Source: a virus (taxonomy: Duplodnaviria; Caudoviricetes). Taken from it: a stretch of 39,726 nt of DNA. Each line of letters begins with the position of its first letter. The stretch's first letter is position 1. The stretch lies in IMG/VR virus record IMGVR_UViG_3300048576_000445, positions 1-39,726 of that record. The stretch is one strand, 5' to 3'. Shown here piece by piece: positions 10,901 to 18,580 of this stretch. The notes under the pieces were generated by a model. That model did not search any database, had not been told where the DNA came from, and saw nothing but the letters and a program-made list of their open reading frames with translations. Both the position numbers and the translations under genes were made by a program.

Positions 10901-11291
10901 GATTGGCCGCGGAGATACCCGCGTCGGCAAAGCGCAGATTGAGGTCGATCACCGTCGCCTCAGCCTTCTGCAGCGCGCCCTCGGACTGACGCGCCTGACG
11001 CTCGACCGCCGCCAGGTCTTTCTCCAGCTTGCGGATCATCGGCGCATCGGCGCCGGCGGCGTAGGCCTCGCTCAATGTCTCGCGCAGCGCCCGCACCTTG
11101 GCCTGCGTCGCCTGAACCGCGGCTTCGAACCGCTCGACAGACGTCACCGCTGCGTCGAGGAGTCTTACCTTGGCAGCATCATCGGCCAGGGCTTTCAGAT
11201 CGGCGGCTGTCTCAGTCGCCGCCTTTCGTGCGCCGGATGCATCGCCTTCGATGCGCAGTCCTACAGCGACAGTCTTGCCTGACATGCTCAT
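7944..11291 (-). CDS. Tail tape measure protein (1115 aa; start 11291 or 11285)
   Basis: Long Ala/Glu/Gln-rich helical protein; LQQMASKGVVSMEELRGQLGERLPGA tape-measure motif; internal QKAAxYxxWWAxxL repeat. Confidence 0.93.
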   Translation of the reverse strand: MSMSGKTVAVGLRIEGDASGARKAATETAADLKALADDAAKVRLLDAAVTSVERFEAAVQATQAKVRALRETLSEAYAAGADAPMIRKLEKDLAAVERQARQSEGALQKAEATVIDLNLRFADAGISAANLADKKAELIQRSQDVAQAAQEEAKYQRFLADETERAAKAAAQLAADASFEAQRQQAMEAQKAAQYTGWWAEQLDRAAQAKEDLDAALDLDKQRQANVQTQKAAEYADWWAKELEQVDRAAQTARASTTTLNRSFAALNIRSADQINAEILEINQALLDLAKRADLTGDEFDRAFAQGQRRLAALKQEAAGGGAAMDDVGRRAGNLSAMFGRLGRAFIGFELAKELVRVNAELENVERTFNAVTASAEDSAREMDYAREVAARLGLEQIATARSYASLMAATKGTAAEGEKTRQVFESVARAMSLAGKSSADTEGALLALQQMASKGVVSMEELRGQLGERLPGALNAVAQGLGITTAQLIKLVETGQLTAEELFPALSDGLNKLYKDASTETLTQEWQHFKTSIENVYKTIGDAGPIAALKLALEGMETTVVTVDTMITALGKDIGVFFGALANGDIGLKGFSENAKQAFAEVEEEARQRLLLVAQHNGVMAASLDEVGQQMLAQAKEREASVDAEARKFVSLKLAHAEVAEAAATATAQSVKNAEAIKAQGEASIKAAEAMGGEADQLRARAQAATADAAALADVAQRRQAEAAAMAEQVSRMRELTVAAGGATEQQQKVIDNLVKLAEARQADADKATAQATQSQMAAVRAEVEAKAYESARGELSKWSATKEAQLSVDQAAIRLAIEQQRTIAAVAKERGNEYEATQALLEIKKLEIKLAELTAKAKAAEADAIMASVKAERAALEMAGKLTEAKKAELVAAEASANVKKVEADIAAETANRLRQLADAQEYNANTARWAADANDKLANSLDGVASAARDAEEAQKKLDAARKGETRASAPVFDPRRAVLAAGVEQADLDDVTRRLEYLIERQQAQGTGRKIVSQRGIIEPDYSGLIRQAMADVYAGQADVNNRGAAAKKTETVEPVVQQNTSPSSTTAALSIRRVQIDLRGSGGTTRLYADDEASADSFIRMLERDARRSS

Positions 11292-11297
11292 TCCCGG

Positions 11298-11330
11298 AAA
11301 AAAGGCCCGCAGCGATCGACGCGGCGGGCC
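11298..11330 (-). terminator. Intrinsic terminator/attenuator between tail tube and tape measure genes
   Basis: Minus strand GGCCCGCCGCG-TCGAT-CGCTGCGGGCC followed by TTTTTT. Confidence 0.75.
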
Positions 11331-11348
11331 GGTTGAAACGCTGGTTGA

Positions 11349-12101
11349 TCAGTACTTCAGGATGAAGGGCGAGGTGTAGCCTTCGGTGACTTCCAGGTTG
11401 CCGGTCAGCGCCACGCTGGCCAGCTTGCCGCCCAGCCAGTCCTGGGCGGTGTTGGAGCTGACCACCGCGCGCGGCGCGTAGAGCAACATGTCGCGCCGGT
11501 CGAGCAGGTTGATGCCGTCGAGCTTGTAGCGCATCACGTGCGCGTAACGCTGGGCGCCTTCGATCTTCGTGCCCTCGAACGGCAGCGTGCTGGCGCTGAC
11601 TTGGACGGCGCCGGCAGGGATGGTGCCGCCCTTCGGAACGTAGAGCAGGCCGAGCCGGGGATTGACCTGGTACTTGTCCGACGCGTAGGTCGTGGTGCCG
11701 GTCGCGTCCTTGACGACGACGGTGTCCGGATCGATGTTCTCGCCACCCGGGATCTCGACCCATGCGCCAGGAACAACCGTCACCGGCAAATTTACCAGGG
11801 CGGCCGCATTATCATTAACGTCAGAGGCCACACCGGAGAGCATGGCCGCGAAGATGTCGCGGTTCAGCTCGTCGAAGGTGATGGCGAAGTCGACAGGCTT
11901 CGGCACGAAGTGGGTGTTCTTCGCCTGACCGAAGGATTCGCGGCTCTTGCTGATCTTCTGCAGTTTGTCCGACGGCGTCGTGATTTCGAACTTGTCGACC
12001 TCGAAGGCCTGAAGGGCGCTCCACAGGCCGGTAGTCGGGTCGTAGCTCTGGGAATACAGGGTGCCGGCGAACAGCAGACCGGTAGCGATTTCGTTTGCCA
12101 T
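11349..12101 (-). CDS. Major tail tube protein (250 aa)
   Basis: Position before tape measure, size, beta-rich composition; AGGAGAG RBS. Confidence 0.8.
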   Translation of the reverse strand: MANEIATGLLFAGTLYSQSYDPTTGLWSALQAFEVDKFEITTPSDKLQKISKSRESFGQAKNTHFVPKPVDFAITFDELNRDIFAAMLSGVASDVNDNAAALVNLPVTVVPGAWVEIPGGENIDPDTVVVKDATGTTTYASDKYQVNPRLGLLYVPKGGTIPAGAVQVSASTLPFEGTKIEGAQRYAHVMRYKLDGINLLDRRDMLLYAPRAVVSSNTAQDWLGGKLASVALTGNLEVTEGYTSPFILKY

Positions 12102-12111
12102 GATGGCTCTC

Positions 12112-12615
12112 CTAACGATTCAAGGGCGCGTTTGCCGGCCCCTGCTTGAGTGAAAAAAGCGTGTTGCTGGTGAAGGCCAGCGGGTAATAGCCGAAGCCGT
12201 TGCCGGACCAGCGTTCGGGTGGCGTCGCGATGACCATCGGTTCAGTGCTGCCGATCGGCGTGTAGCCGTGCAGCGCCTGCAGGACGCTCGGGATAAACCG
12301 ACCGGCGACCTGGTTGAGGGGGGATGCCTCGCGCTGTTTTGCACCTGGTGCAGAGACGGCGATCAGGATCACCCAGCGGTGCTTGAGCACGCCGCGCTTT
12401 TCGTTCGCTTCCGGTACCGCGAACCAGCGGTAGAGAACGTAAACACCAGGGGTGACCTGCTGGTCTTCCTTGACCCGTTCCATGTCGTCGCGAGTGCCGA
12501 CGATACGCGCCCAGCGGTCCGGACCCTCCTGTGTTGCAGCCTTCAGCTTGGCAACGATGTCCAGCTCCGCCTCGAGGAAGTTCCAGTTGCGCCAGGCGCC
12601 GAGGATCTGGCTCAC
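12112..12615 (-). CDS. Tail terminator / Mu gp37-like (167 aa)
   Basis: Between gp36-like and tail tube; TPGVYVLY...WVILIAV...VLQALHGY...YYPLAF pattern. Confidence 0.7.
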   Translation of the reverse strand: MSQILGAWRNWNFLEAELDIVAKLKAATQEGPDRWARIVGTRDDMERVKEDQQVTPGVYVLYRWFAVPEANEKRGVLKHRWVILIAVSAPGAKQREASPLNQVAGRFIPSVLQALHGYTPIGSTEPMVIATPPERWSGNGFGYYPLAFTSNTLFSLKQGPANAPLNR

Positions 12616-13112
12616 GCGAACCCCCGCAGGTCGTCATCGGTGATGCCCCGGCGGAAGCTGCTGTAGGTCTGCACCTCATCGCCGGACTGCGCGTCCGCCG
12701 TCAGCGGCTCGCCAGGCGTACCGCCCCAGGGACACGTCAGCTTGGCCTTGCCGGCGGCGATCGCTTCCAGTTCCTTGATCGCTGCCTGGTAGCGGCGATA
12801 GACCTCGTGCTCGGGCGCCAGGTCGCTGTAAAGGTAATAGCGCGCCAGGTCGCACGCAATCCGGGTGAGGACCGGCGGCGCTACGATCTCGACAGCGCCA
12901 CCGACCACCGCCGGCGGCTTGACGCAACCGGCGAGCGGCAGGCGATAGACCTGGCCGATGTAGCCGTCCATGAACGACTGCGCATCGGCCAGTTTGATCT
13001 CCAGCAGCTCGACGTCGATCACGGACGGCGGGATGTTCTCCTTGTCCGTGAGATTGACGATCTCGGCTTCTGTGAAGCGCGCGACCAGGTCGCCGGGGGT
13101 AGCGTAGATCAT
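12612..13112 (-). CDS. Head-tail adaptor, Mu gp36/DUF1320-like (166 aa from ATG 13112)
   Basis: YATPGDLVARF...MDGYIGQVYRLPL...IACDLARYYLY...RYQAAIKELEAIAAGK motif. Confidence 0.88.
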   Translation of the reverse strand: MIYATPGDLVARFTEAEIVNLTDKENIPPSVIDVELLEIKLADAQSFMDGYIGQVYRLPLAGCVKPPAVVGGAVEIVAPPVLTRIACDLARYYLYSDLAPEHEVYRRYQAAIKELEAIAAGKAKLTCPWGGTPGEPLTADAQSGDEVQTYSSFRRGITDDDLRGFA

Positions 13113-13471
13113 CACGGATGCACGTGCGTGAGGATCTCGCACTCGAACAGCGCGCCGGCAGCGCCGGCGGCGGTCAGAGCGCGGCCGCAGTGGTCGGCGG
13201 CGCTGCCGGTCACCGCCCGGCCGGAGCCATCGGCCGCGGGCTTCACGAAGGCACCGGCCGCGATGGCGTCCGAGGCCTCGACGATGGCCGAATAGCCGGT
13301 GACCACCGGAATGGCATCGCCGATCGCGCCTTCCATTTCGGAGACGCCCTGGGCATCCGCCGTGCCGCCGGCGGCCGCCGAGGCGTGGGCGCCAGCGTAG
13401 GAGACGAAGCGAGCCTCGGCAACGGCGGCCGTAAGCACGCGCGTCGTGGCATGGGTCTTTTCATATTGCAT
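13112..13471 (-). CDS. Capsid decoration/cement protein, DUF2190-like (119 aa)
   Basis: Small Ala/Gly-rich protein, IVEASDAIAAGAFVKPAADGSGRAV pattern; next to capsid gene. Confidence 0.75.
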   Translation of the reverse strand: MQYEKTHATTRVLTAAVAEARFVSYAGAHASAAAGGTADAQGVSEMEGAIGDAIPVVTGYSAIVEASDAIAAGAFVKPAADGSGRAVTGSAADHCGRALTAAGAAGALFECEILTHVHP

Positions 13472-13482
13472 GGTTCGTCCTT

Positions 13483-13887
13483 TCAGGAAGTTTTCTTTGT
13501 GGCGGCCTGGCGCTTGGGAGCGGCCGGCACCTTGAGATCAGCATCGCCAACGCCTCCCGCCGCGCCTGCGCTGCCCGTCGTATCCGTGGCGTCGCTTTCG
13601 CCGCCCGGCGCCGTCTCGGCTTCAGGTACCTTGATCGACTCGGCGGCGGCTTGCACCGCCTTCCGCGCCGCCTTGAAGGCTTGCCCGGCGACTGCGGCCG
13701 ACTTGGCCGCATCCTTCTCGGCCGCGGCCGACTCGGCGACGTCCTCGATCGCGCGCAGCTTCTTCAGCTCGCGGATGTCGTGATCGCTCAGGCTGTCCGG
13801 CAGCGGATCGCCGGCCGGAATTTCGACGCGCTCGCCGTCGATCATCGTGATGATCTTGACGCGCGCCACCAGCAGTGACTTGCTCAT
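13483..13887 (-). CDS. Capsid-adjacent protein (134 aa; small N-terminal domain plus low-complexity tail)
   Basis: AAGGAG RBS; occupies the Mu gp35 position after the capsid gene. Confidence 0.7.
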   Translation of the reverse strand: MSKSLLVARVKIITMIDGERVEIPAGDPLPDSLSDHDIRELKKLRAIEDVAESAAAEKDAAKSAAVAGQAFKAARKAVQAAAESIKVPEAETAPGGESDATDTTGSAGAAGGVGDADLKVPAAPKRQAATKKTS

Positions 13888-13896
13888 GTCCGCTCC

Positions 13897-14856
13897 TTAA
13901 GCCGGGTTCTGGAACAGGAAGGCGGCATCGTCGTAGGCGATGTTCGCGCGCCGCTCGAATGTGCCGCCGTAGATCCAGCTCTTGCTGGCATTCTCGTAAT
14001 ACGGCGTCTCGGCAAAGGGGTGGCCCTCGATCACGTTGGTGAAACCAAACGCCGGTTGCGCGAGACTAACGTTCGCACCACCGGCGCCGATCTTCGGGAC
14101 ATAGGCGAGGATCGCGTTGTTGCCCCAGACGTCCTGTCCGACATCGTCGTCATCGATCCACACGGCGTCGCCGACGAGGATTTCGTCAACGCTGAAGATG
14201 ATCTTCAACTGCTCCACGGTCGCCGGACCCATCTGGGTGGACGGCAGGTAGCTGCGGACTTCCGGATTGGTTTTCACCGCCTTCATCGCCACCGCAGACA
14301 GCGTCAGTTGATTGGGGCGGGCGCCAATGCGGCCACGGATCACATCCGCTGCTGCCAGCACATCGGTCACCGGCGTGCCGGTGGCGGCGCTCCACTTTGT
14401 GCCACCAGCCAGCGCCAGCACGTTGCCGGCAACGTAGTTGTCCTGGTCGGTCGCCTTGGCGGCGCATTCCAGCTCGTAGTCCAGTCCGAGAATGTCGTTG
14501 GTGGTCGTCATCGCGATGCGCGATACGTCCAGGTAGTTGCCAACCTGCAGACGACGCGATTCGTCGGCTTCGCGCAGCAGTTCGCGCGGCATCGGCACTT
14601 CCACCGAATATTGATCGACGGTGTAGACCTTGCCTTCGTACTTGATGTTGACGCGCTTGGTCGCGGTGCCAGGCGCGCGACGCAGGTTGTAGCGCTTGAG
14701 GCGTTCCTTGCCGAGCTTGGCGAGCACCACCGAGGACAGTGCATCCGGCAAGCGGGGGAACAGCTTTTCGCCGATGAATGTGCCCTGGCCCTGACCCAGC
14801 AGCAGGCTGGTCAAGATCGGGTTGGCTTTCAGCCGGATTTGTTCGGGAGTCATCAT
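13897..14856 (-). CDS. Major capsid protein (319 aa)
   Basis: PILTSLLLG...FIGEKLFP...KWSAATGTPVTD...IGARPN...DVWGNNAILAYVP resembles the BcepMu-type capsid family; follows protease/scaffold. Confidence 0.9.
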   Translation of the reverse strand: MMTPEQIRLKANPILTSLLLGQGQGTFIGEKLFPRLPDALSSVVLAKLGKERLKRYNLRRAPGTATKRVNIKYEGKVYTVDQYSVEVPMPRELLREADESRRLQVGNYLDVSRIAMTTTNDILGLDYELECAAKATDQDNYVAGNVLALAGGTKWSAATGTPVTDVLAAADVIRGRIGARPNQLTLSAVAMKAVKTNPEVRSYLPSTQMGPATVEQLKIIFSVDEILVGDAVWIDDDDVGQDVWGNNAILAYVPKIGAGGANVSLAQPAFGFTNVIEGHPFAETPYYENASKSWIYGGTFERRANIAYDDAAFLFQNPA

Positions 14857-14868
14857 GATGCTTTGTCC

Positions 14869-15360
14869 TCAGGCAGTGAAAGAAGCGACCTTGTCCAGCG
14901 CCTCCGAATACGAGACGTTGTGCTTTGCGGCGAAATCGCGAGCGGCCTTGTCGATCTCCGCGTCGCTCATGTCCTTGACCGACTTGCCGGCGCCGCCGGG
15001 CGCGAACTCGCCGAACGAGACGGCCGGCGCGGCGTCGGCGATCAGGCCCTTGACGAAATCGACCGGAGACAGCTTGGTGGTCGTGTCGCCCTCTGCGAAC
15101 TCGACCGCTTGCGATTCGCCAAGCAGATCGAGCACGGCGATCGCGGCGGCCTTCTTGGTCGGCTTCAGCTTGGCGCCCTTGACTGCGGCCTCGCAAAATT
15201 CGACGTGGCCGGCGTGCCGCTGCTCGCGCTGCTGCTCGGAAAACTGCGCCAGTTGTTCCTTGGCGCGCTTCGATTCGGCTTCGGCATCCGCCTGGGCCTT
15301 TTTCGCCGCCGCGGCCGCCGCTTCGGCTTCCTCGAGGCGCTTCTTCTCTTCTTCATTCAT
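14869..15360 (-). CDS. Nested in-frame scaffolding protein (Mu gpZ-like, 163 aa)
   Basis: Internal ATG 15360 (MNEEEKKR) with CAGGAG 9 nt upstream; analogous to Mu I/Z. Confidence 0.65.
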   Translation of the reverse strand: MNEEEKKRLEEAEAAAAAAKKAQADAEAESKRAKEQLAQFSEQQREQRHAGHVEFCEAAVKGAKLKPTKKAAAIAVLDLLGESQAVEFAEGDTTTKLSPVDFVKGLIADAAPAVSFGEFAPGGAGKSVKDMSDAEIDKAARDFAAKHNVSYSEALDKVASFTA

Positions 15361-15864
15361 CGTGGATTGCTCCTGGTGGTTACCGGCGGGGGATTCGGAA
15401 AAGCAGACGACGCCGGCGTCGGCCTGCTCGTTGAACTGGATGTCTTTGAGGCCTGGTACGGCCGGCGGCTGCGCTCCCAGAAAGCCGACGTGGCGCAGGT
15501 ACCACTTGCCGGGCGTCGGGTTGTTGGGATGCGTCGGGTGATAGAAGGAGGCGCTGCGCTTCGGGAAGCGCTGGAGGCGGACCATCTCGGCGAATTGCGG
15601 CTCGACGGCACGCGTATCCATCGTCAGCACACGGCCGTCTGCGCTCGGCCGAGCGGCCGCTCGAGCCACCCAGCCGTAGGCCGGCAGGTTCGCTGCAGGG
15701 TGGCCGACGACCAGCGGCGCCTCGCGCAGCGCCGGGCTGTACGAGGCGGCGATCGCGTCGATGTCTGCGTCAGAAAAGTCGTAGGTCGTACCGTTATCTG
15801 CGGTACGACGGCCGGCGCGGAAGATTTCTACGCCAGGCGGGAGGGTGGTGTTTTCGGTAGCCAT
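14869..15864 (-). CDS. Capsid maturation protease / scaffold (Mu gpI-like, 331 aa)
   Basis: EIFRAG...EAPLVVGHP...PAYGWV...YLRHVGFLGAQPPAVPGL protease motifs followed by a charged coiled-coil. Confidence 0.9.
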   Translation of the reverse strand: MATENTTLPPGVEIFRAGRRTADNGTTYDFSDADIDAIAASYSPALREAPLVVGHPAANLPAYGWVARAAARPSADGRVLTMDTRAVEPQFAEMVRLQRFPKRSASFYHPTHPNNPTPGKWYLRHVGFLGAQPPAVPGLKDIQFNEQADAGVVCFSESPAGNHQEQSTMNEEEKKRLEEAEAAAAAAKKAQADAEAESKRAKEQLAQFSEQQREQRHAGHVEFCEAAVKGAKLKPTKKAAAIAVLDLLGESQAVEFAEGDTTTKLSPVDFVKGLIADAAPAVSFGEFAPGGAGKSVKDMSDAEIDKAARDFAAKHNVSYSEALDKVASFTA

Positions 15865-15918
15865 GCCCGCATTGTTCGCGGGCGCGCGAGTTTGGCCTGA
15901 ATAAAGGGCTTTGGTTTT
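15864..15918 (-). promoter_or_regulatory. Mor/C-type late promoter for the head-tail operon (probably leaderless)
   Basis: AAAGCCCTTT dyad (15903-15912), 26 nt, AACAAT (15871-15876), 6 nt, ATG; same layout at 18393 and 31512. Confidence 0.8.
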
Positions 15919-16224
15919 TCAGCCCGTAGCGGCGGCCTTTTTCAGGGCGGCCAGCTCTTGACTGACTACCGCGAGTTCGGCCTCCCGCTGCACGAGTTTT
16001 TCGCGCAGCGCGTCGGCGTCTGCGACTGCAGCGATCAGCGCCGCACCGATGATCGGTTCCAGCTCGGCGGCGACATCGATCAGTGCGACCGGTACTGAAA
16101 CTGTGGCAGCGATGACAACGCCGTCTCGGATCACCTCGCTGATGGTCTGGTGATGCGCAGCAATCCCGCCGGCCTCGGTGTGACGGATCAGCGTCTCGTA
16201 GGCCCGATTACGTTCTTCGATCAT
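15919..16224 (-). CDS. Putative fibre assembly/chaperone protein (101 aa)
   Basis: Follows the fibre gene; C-terminal coiled coil; function inferred from position only. Confidence 0.55.
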   Translation of the reverse strand: MIEERNRAYETLIRHTEAGGIAAHHQTISEVIRDGVVIAATVSVPVALIDVAAELEPIIGAALIAAVADADALREKLVQREAELAVVSQELAALKKAAATG

Positions 16225-16231
16225 ATTATGG

Positions 16232-17317
16232 TTAGCTCACTGGGGTTGTGGTGTTGATGGGGCACCAATAGCCGTCAACCGACTTGCATGCCGTAATCCC
16301 ACCAGTCGCGTCAACGACGTCAATGTTGCAGTTAGGGTATGCCGCCGCGCTGGGTAGGGTACTTAGCGTGTACTGCCCCCAGCGCAGTGGGCCAGCGCAA
16401 TCGAGTTTTGCTGATGATGATGGCTGAACACCAATCCCCAGGCTTCCAGCCATGTAGTTCCCTCCCGTGCCGTGAGCGTCAAGATTTTTGTGGTTCGTTG
16501 CCGCGGCGAATCCGAGCCTCAATGCGCTAGCTGCCGCGACAGCAGATGGATTCCCCGATATCGGATTAATGTTCAGCGCAAACAGATTCGCGATGCTGCC
16601 CGTCATCGCATATGGCGTCACCGTAACGCCAGTAACGCTACCTGTGAGCGGCGTTGCGGTGGGACTGCCGTTGTAATGGCCGATGGCCATGGATACGCTC
16701 TGTAGCGACAACAAATAGCCGTTGTCGTCGTATGCACCAGCCAGTCCGTTACGTAGAGCAGACATGTCGACGGCGCGAGAATAGCCGTTCTGCGAAAACC
16801 CTCCCTTCACGACAGGGTATGTCACAAAATTCGCGGCGATTTCGTATGCGGTGATGTTTGCCTCGGTGTTGAGTTTGAAAACACTCCCAACCCCAATAGT
16901 CGCGCCGGCGGCACCAATAGCCGTCCGCCGCACATTCACAGTGGTACCGCCGGTGGCGTTGTGATTGAATATGGCTGCACCGGTTATATAGTGCGTCTGG
17001 CTCGCCAATGACCCTAGTATGCAATTTCCGTTTGCTTCCAGCGTCGTGAATTTCGCCGCCGCCCTGGTCGTCAATCCAATGGCCTTGCCCTCGATGCTGG
17101 GCACCGAGCCCCAATACCCAGCCGACGCCTGCCATACCCTCAGCGCCGACCACTTTCGCGCGGTCGTCGCCGTTCCTGCTGCCGCTTCGGCCTGGGTAAC
17201 CTCAGCAGCCGTCCACTCGCGCGCATCCGAGAGACGAGCGTCCGTCGAGTTGACCTTCTTCTTCAGCTCGACGCCGATCCGGGTCGCCAGGTCGGCGATC
17301 CTCTGAACCAGGCTCAT
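16232..17317 (-). CDS. Accessory tail/collar fibre, distal receptor-binding segment (361 aa)
   Basis: DARLSDAREWTA..VTQAEA.AGTATTARKWSALRVWQA fibre motif; Gly/Ala/Thr-rich AT-richer C-terminal part. Confidence 0.75.
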   Translation of the reverse strand: MSLVQRIADLATRIGVELKKKVNSTDARLSDAREWTAAEVTQAEAAAGTATTARKWSALRVWQASAGYWGSVPSIEGKAIGLTTRAAAKFTTLEANGNCILGSLASQTHYITGAAIFNHNATGGTTVNVRRTAIGAAGATIGVGSVFKLNTEANITAYEIAANFVTYPVVKGGFSQNGYSRAVDMSALRNGLAGAYDDNGYLLSLQSVSMAIGHYNGSPTATPLTGSVTGVTVTPYAMTGSIANLFALNINPISGNPSAVAAASALRLGFAAATNHKNLDAHGTGGNYMAGSLGIGVQPSSSAKLDCAGPLRWGQYTLSTLPSAAAYPNCNIDVVDATGGITACKSVDGYWCPINTTTPVS

Positions 17318-17811
17318 GCAATCGCTGCTTCGAACGTTGCGACGAAGTCGCTATTGAAGTCGCCGACGTCTGCCGCCGCGACAGCGCCGATGTTGGTACG
17401 GGCCTGTGCCTGCTGGGGTGCGGTCAATGCCTGCACGGCGTCGAAGCGGACGCGGTTGCCCAGGGCGGTCAAAATGCCTTCGATATCGGCACCAGCCCCC
17501 TGAAGTGCGGTGGCCAGCTCGAGCAGCGTGTCGTATGCCGCCGGAGCGCCGTCGATGATCTCGGATTTGAGCGCCAGCAGCGAACTGTTGATTTTGTCGG
17601 CCGACCAGGTCTGATCGAGCACGCCGGCGCCGGCCAGGTCGTTGATCTCCGTGGCGCTGGCGACGAGGCCGACTAGTTCATTGATTGCCGCGACAAGCGA
17701 CGTCTTGTCCACGGTCGCGAGCGAGGTCTTGTCCCCCATGGCGACACGTATCGCTTTGCACTCCGTGCCGACGCGGACGGCAAGGTTGGTGATTTGTGCC
17801 TGCAGGCTCAT
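17314..17811 (-). CDS. Accessory fibre middle segment (165 aa)
   Basis: KTSLVAAINEL, TWSADKI, GAPAAYDTLLELATAL and QALTAPQQAQARTNIGA are recurrent phage fibre motifs. Confidence 0.75.
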   Translation of the reverse strand: MSLQAQITNLAVRVGTECKAIRVAMGDKTSLATVDKTSLVAAINELVGLVASATEINDLAGAGVLDQTWSADKINSSLLALKSEIIDGAPAAYDTLLELATALQGAGADIEGILTALGNRVRFDAVQALTAPQQAQARTNIGAVAAADVGDFNSDFVATFEAAIA

Positions 17812-17821
17812 GGTGTGGCTC

Positions 17822-18031
17822 CTAGAAGATCAGGGCGTTTTCAAAACTGAGGATGGGGGATGGGACGATCTCGGCGATGTTCTCGGCGCTGCCCGGCGGT
17901 CCGGGAAGCCCCTGCTCGGCAACCTCGACGACCTCGATAATCGCCCCACCATCGACGACGACGGTTTCGCCTTCGTCGCCATCGATCAGTACGGTTTCAC
18001 CAGGTGCTTCAATCAGCACAATCTCGACCAT
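17822..18031 (-). CDS. Short acidic fibre linker with collagen-like triplets (69 aa)
   Basis: QGLPGPPGS; TGATG coupling to upstream gene. Confidence 0.65.
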   Translation of the reverse strand: MVEIVLIEAPGETVLIDGDEGETVVVDGGAIIEVVEVAEQGLPGPPGSAENIAEIVPSPILSFENALIF

Positions 18032-18393
18032 CACCACTCTCCATCACGCAGACCGAGCCTGCCATAAAAATATAGATCTTCATCGCCCAGCGAGTCGGTG
18101 AAGTAAAGCCGGTAGCGCAGGTTCTTTGCAGCGAAGCCGCCGCTGACGTCGCCAAGCGTGATAGCGACTGTGCCAGCGGCGCCGCCGAGGGCAATTTCGC
18201 CGCCAGCACTTGTCAGCGTAACCAGGGGTGGCGCCGAACGGCTTGCCAGGGCATCAAAGATTTGCAGCCGCGCGGAGCAGCCCGTCAGGTCGATGGGCTG
18301 CTTATCGGGTCCAAGACGGGTAAATCTGAACGACCACGGCAATCCTTTGAGGATGGCGCGGCGTCCAGTGATGTCGAAGGCGGTCGGGCTCAT
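18031..18393 (-). CDS. Fibre-attachment beta-sandwich adaptor (BppU/T5 collar-like, 120 aa)
   Basis: PIDLTGCSARLQI...LTSAGGEI...GTVAITL...YRLYFTD...GRL pattern; first gene after a late promoter. Confidence 0.65.
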   Translation of the reverse strand: MSPTAFDITGRRAILKGLPWSFRFTRLGPDKQPIDLTGCSARLQIFDALASRSAPPLVTLTSAGGEIALGGAAGTVAITLGDVSGGFAAKNLRYRLYFTDSLGDEDLYFYGRLGLRDGEW

Positions 18394-18448
18394 GGCCGCA
18401 TTGTTCGCGCGCGGGCGATGGCGGCATGAAAAAAGGGCTTTGTATTTT
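18393..18448 (-). promoter_or_regulatory. Mor/C-type late promoter for the fibre cassette (probably leaderless)
   Basis: AAAGCCCTTT (18432-18441), 26 nt, AACAAT (18400-18405), 6 nt, ATG 18393. Confidence 0.8.
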
Positions 18449-18580
18449 GATCGCCGGTCGGGGGCGATTACTGGGGTGTTCCGCGCCGGTTAAAGCGCCC
18501 GGAAACAGTGCACAAAGGCGCTCAAATCGATTTGGGGAGGTGCCGGCGATAAACCGGCCGTCCCTGGCCGATTCACGGCC
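18449..18580. other. Non-coding spacer with helically phased A-tracts (candidate bent DNA / gyrase site)
   Basis: AAA at 18492, 18503, 18514, 18524 (11/11/10 bp spacing); palindrome CAAATCGATTTG 18523-18534. Confidence 0.45.

Noticed and set aside
14020-15900. 626-aa plus-strand ORF (and similar long antisense ORFs at 4527-5711, 9801-11282, 23703-24578, 25376-26665, 35981-36937)
   Set aside because: Shadows of well-supported genes on the opposite strand; expected with high-GC codon bias; no RBS or recognisable motifs.
15919-18393. Anti-CRISPR locus (position upstream of protease I, as in D3112-like phages)
   Set aside because: The genes carry fibre and collagen motifs and there is no aca-like HTH gene.
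18449-18580. A phage terminus (att end) after mor, as in B3
   Set aside because: No repeated transposase-binding sites or host DNA visible; phage late genes follow directly.
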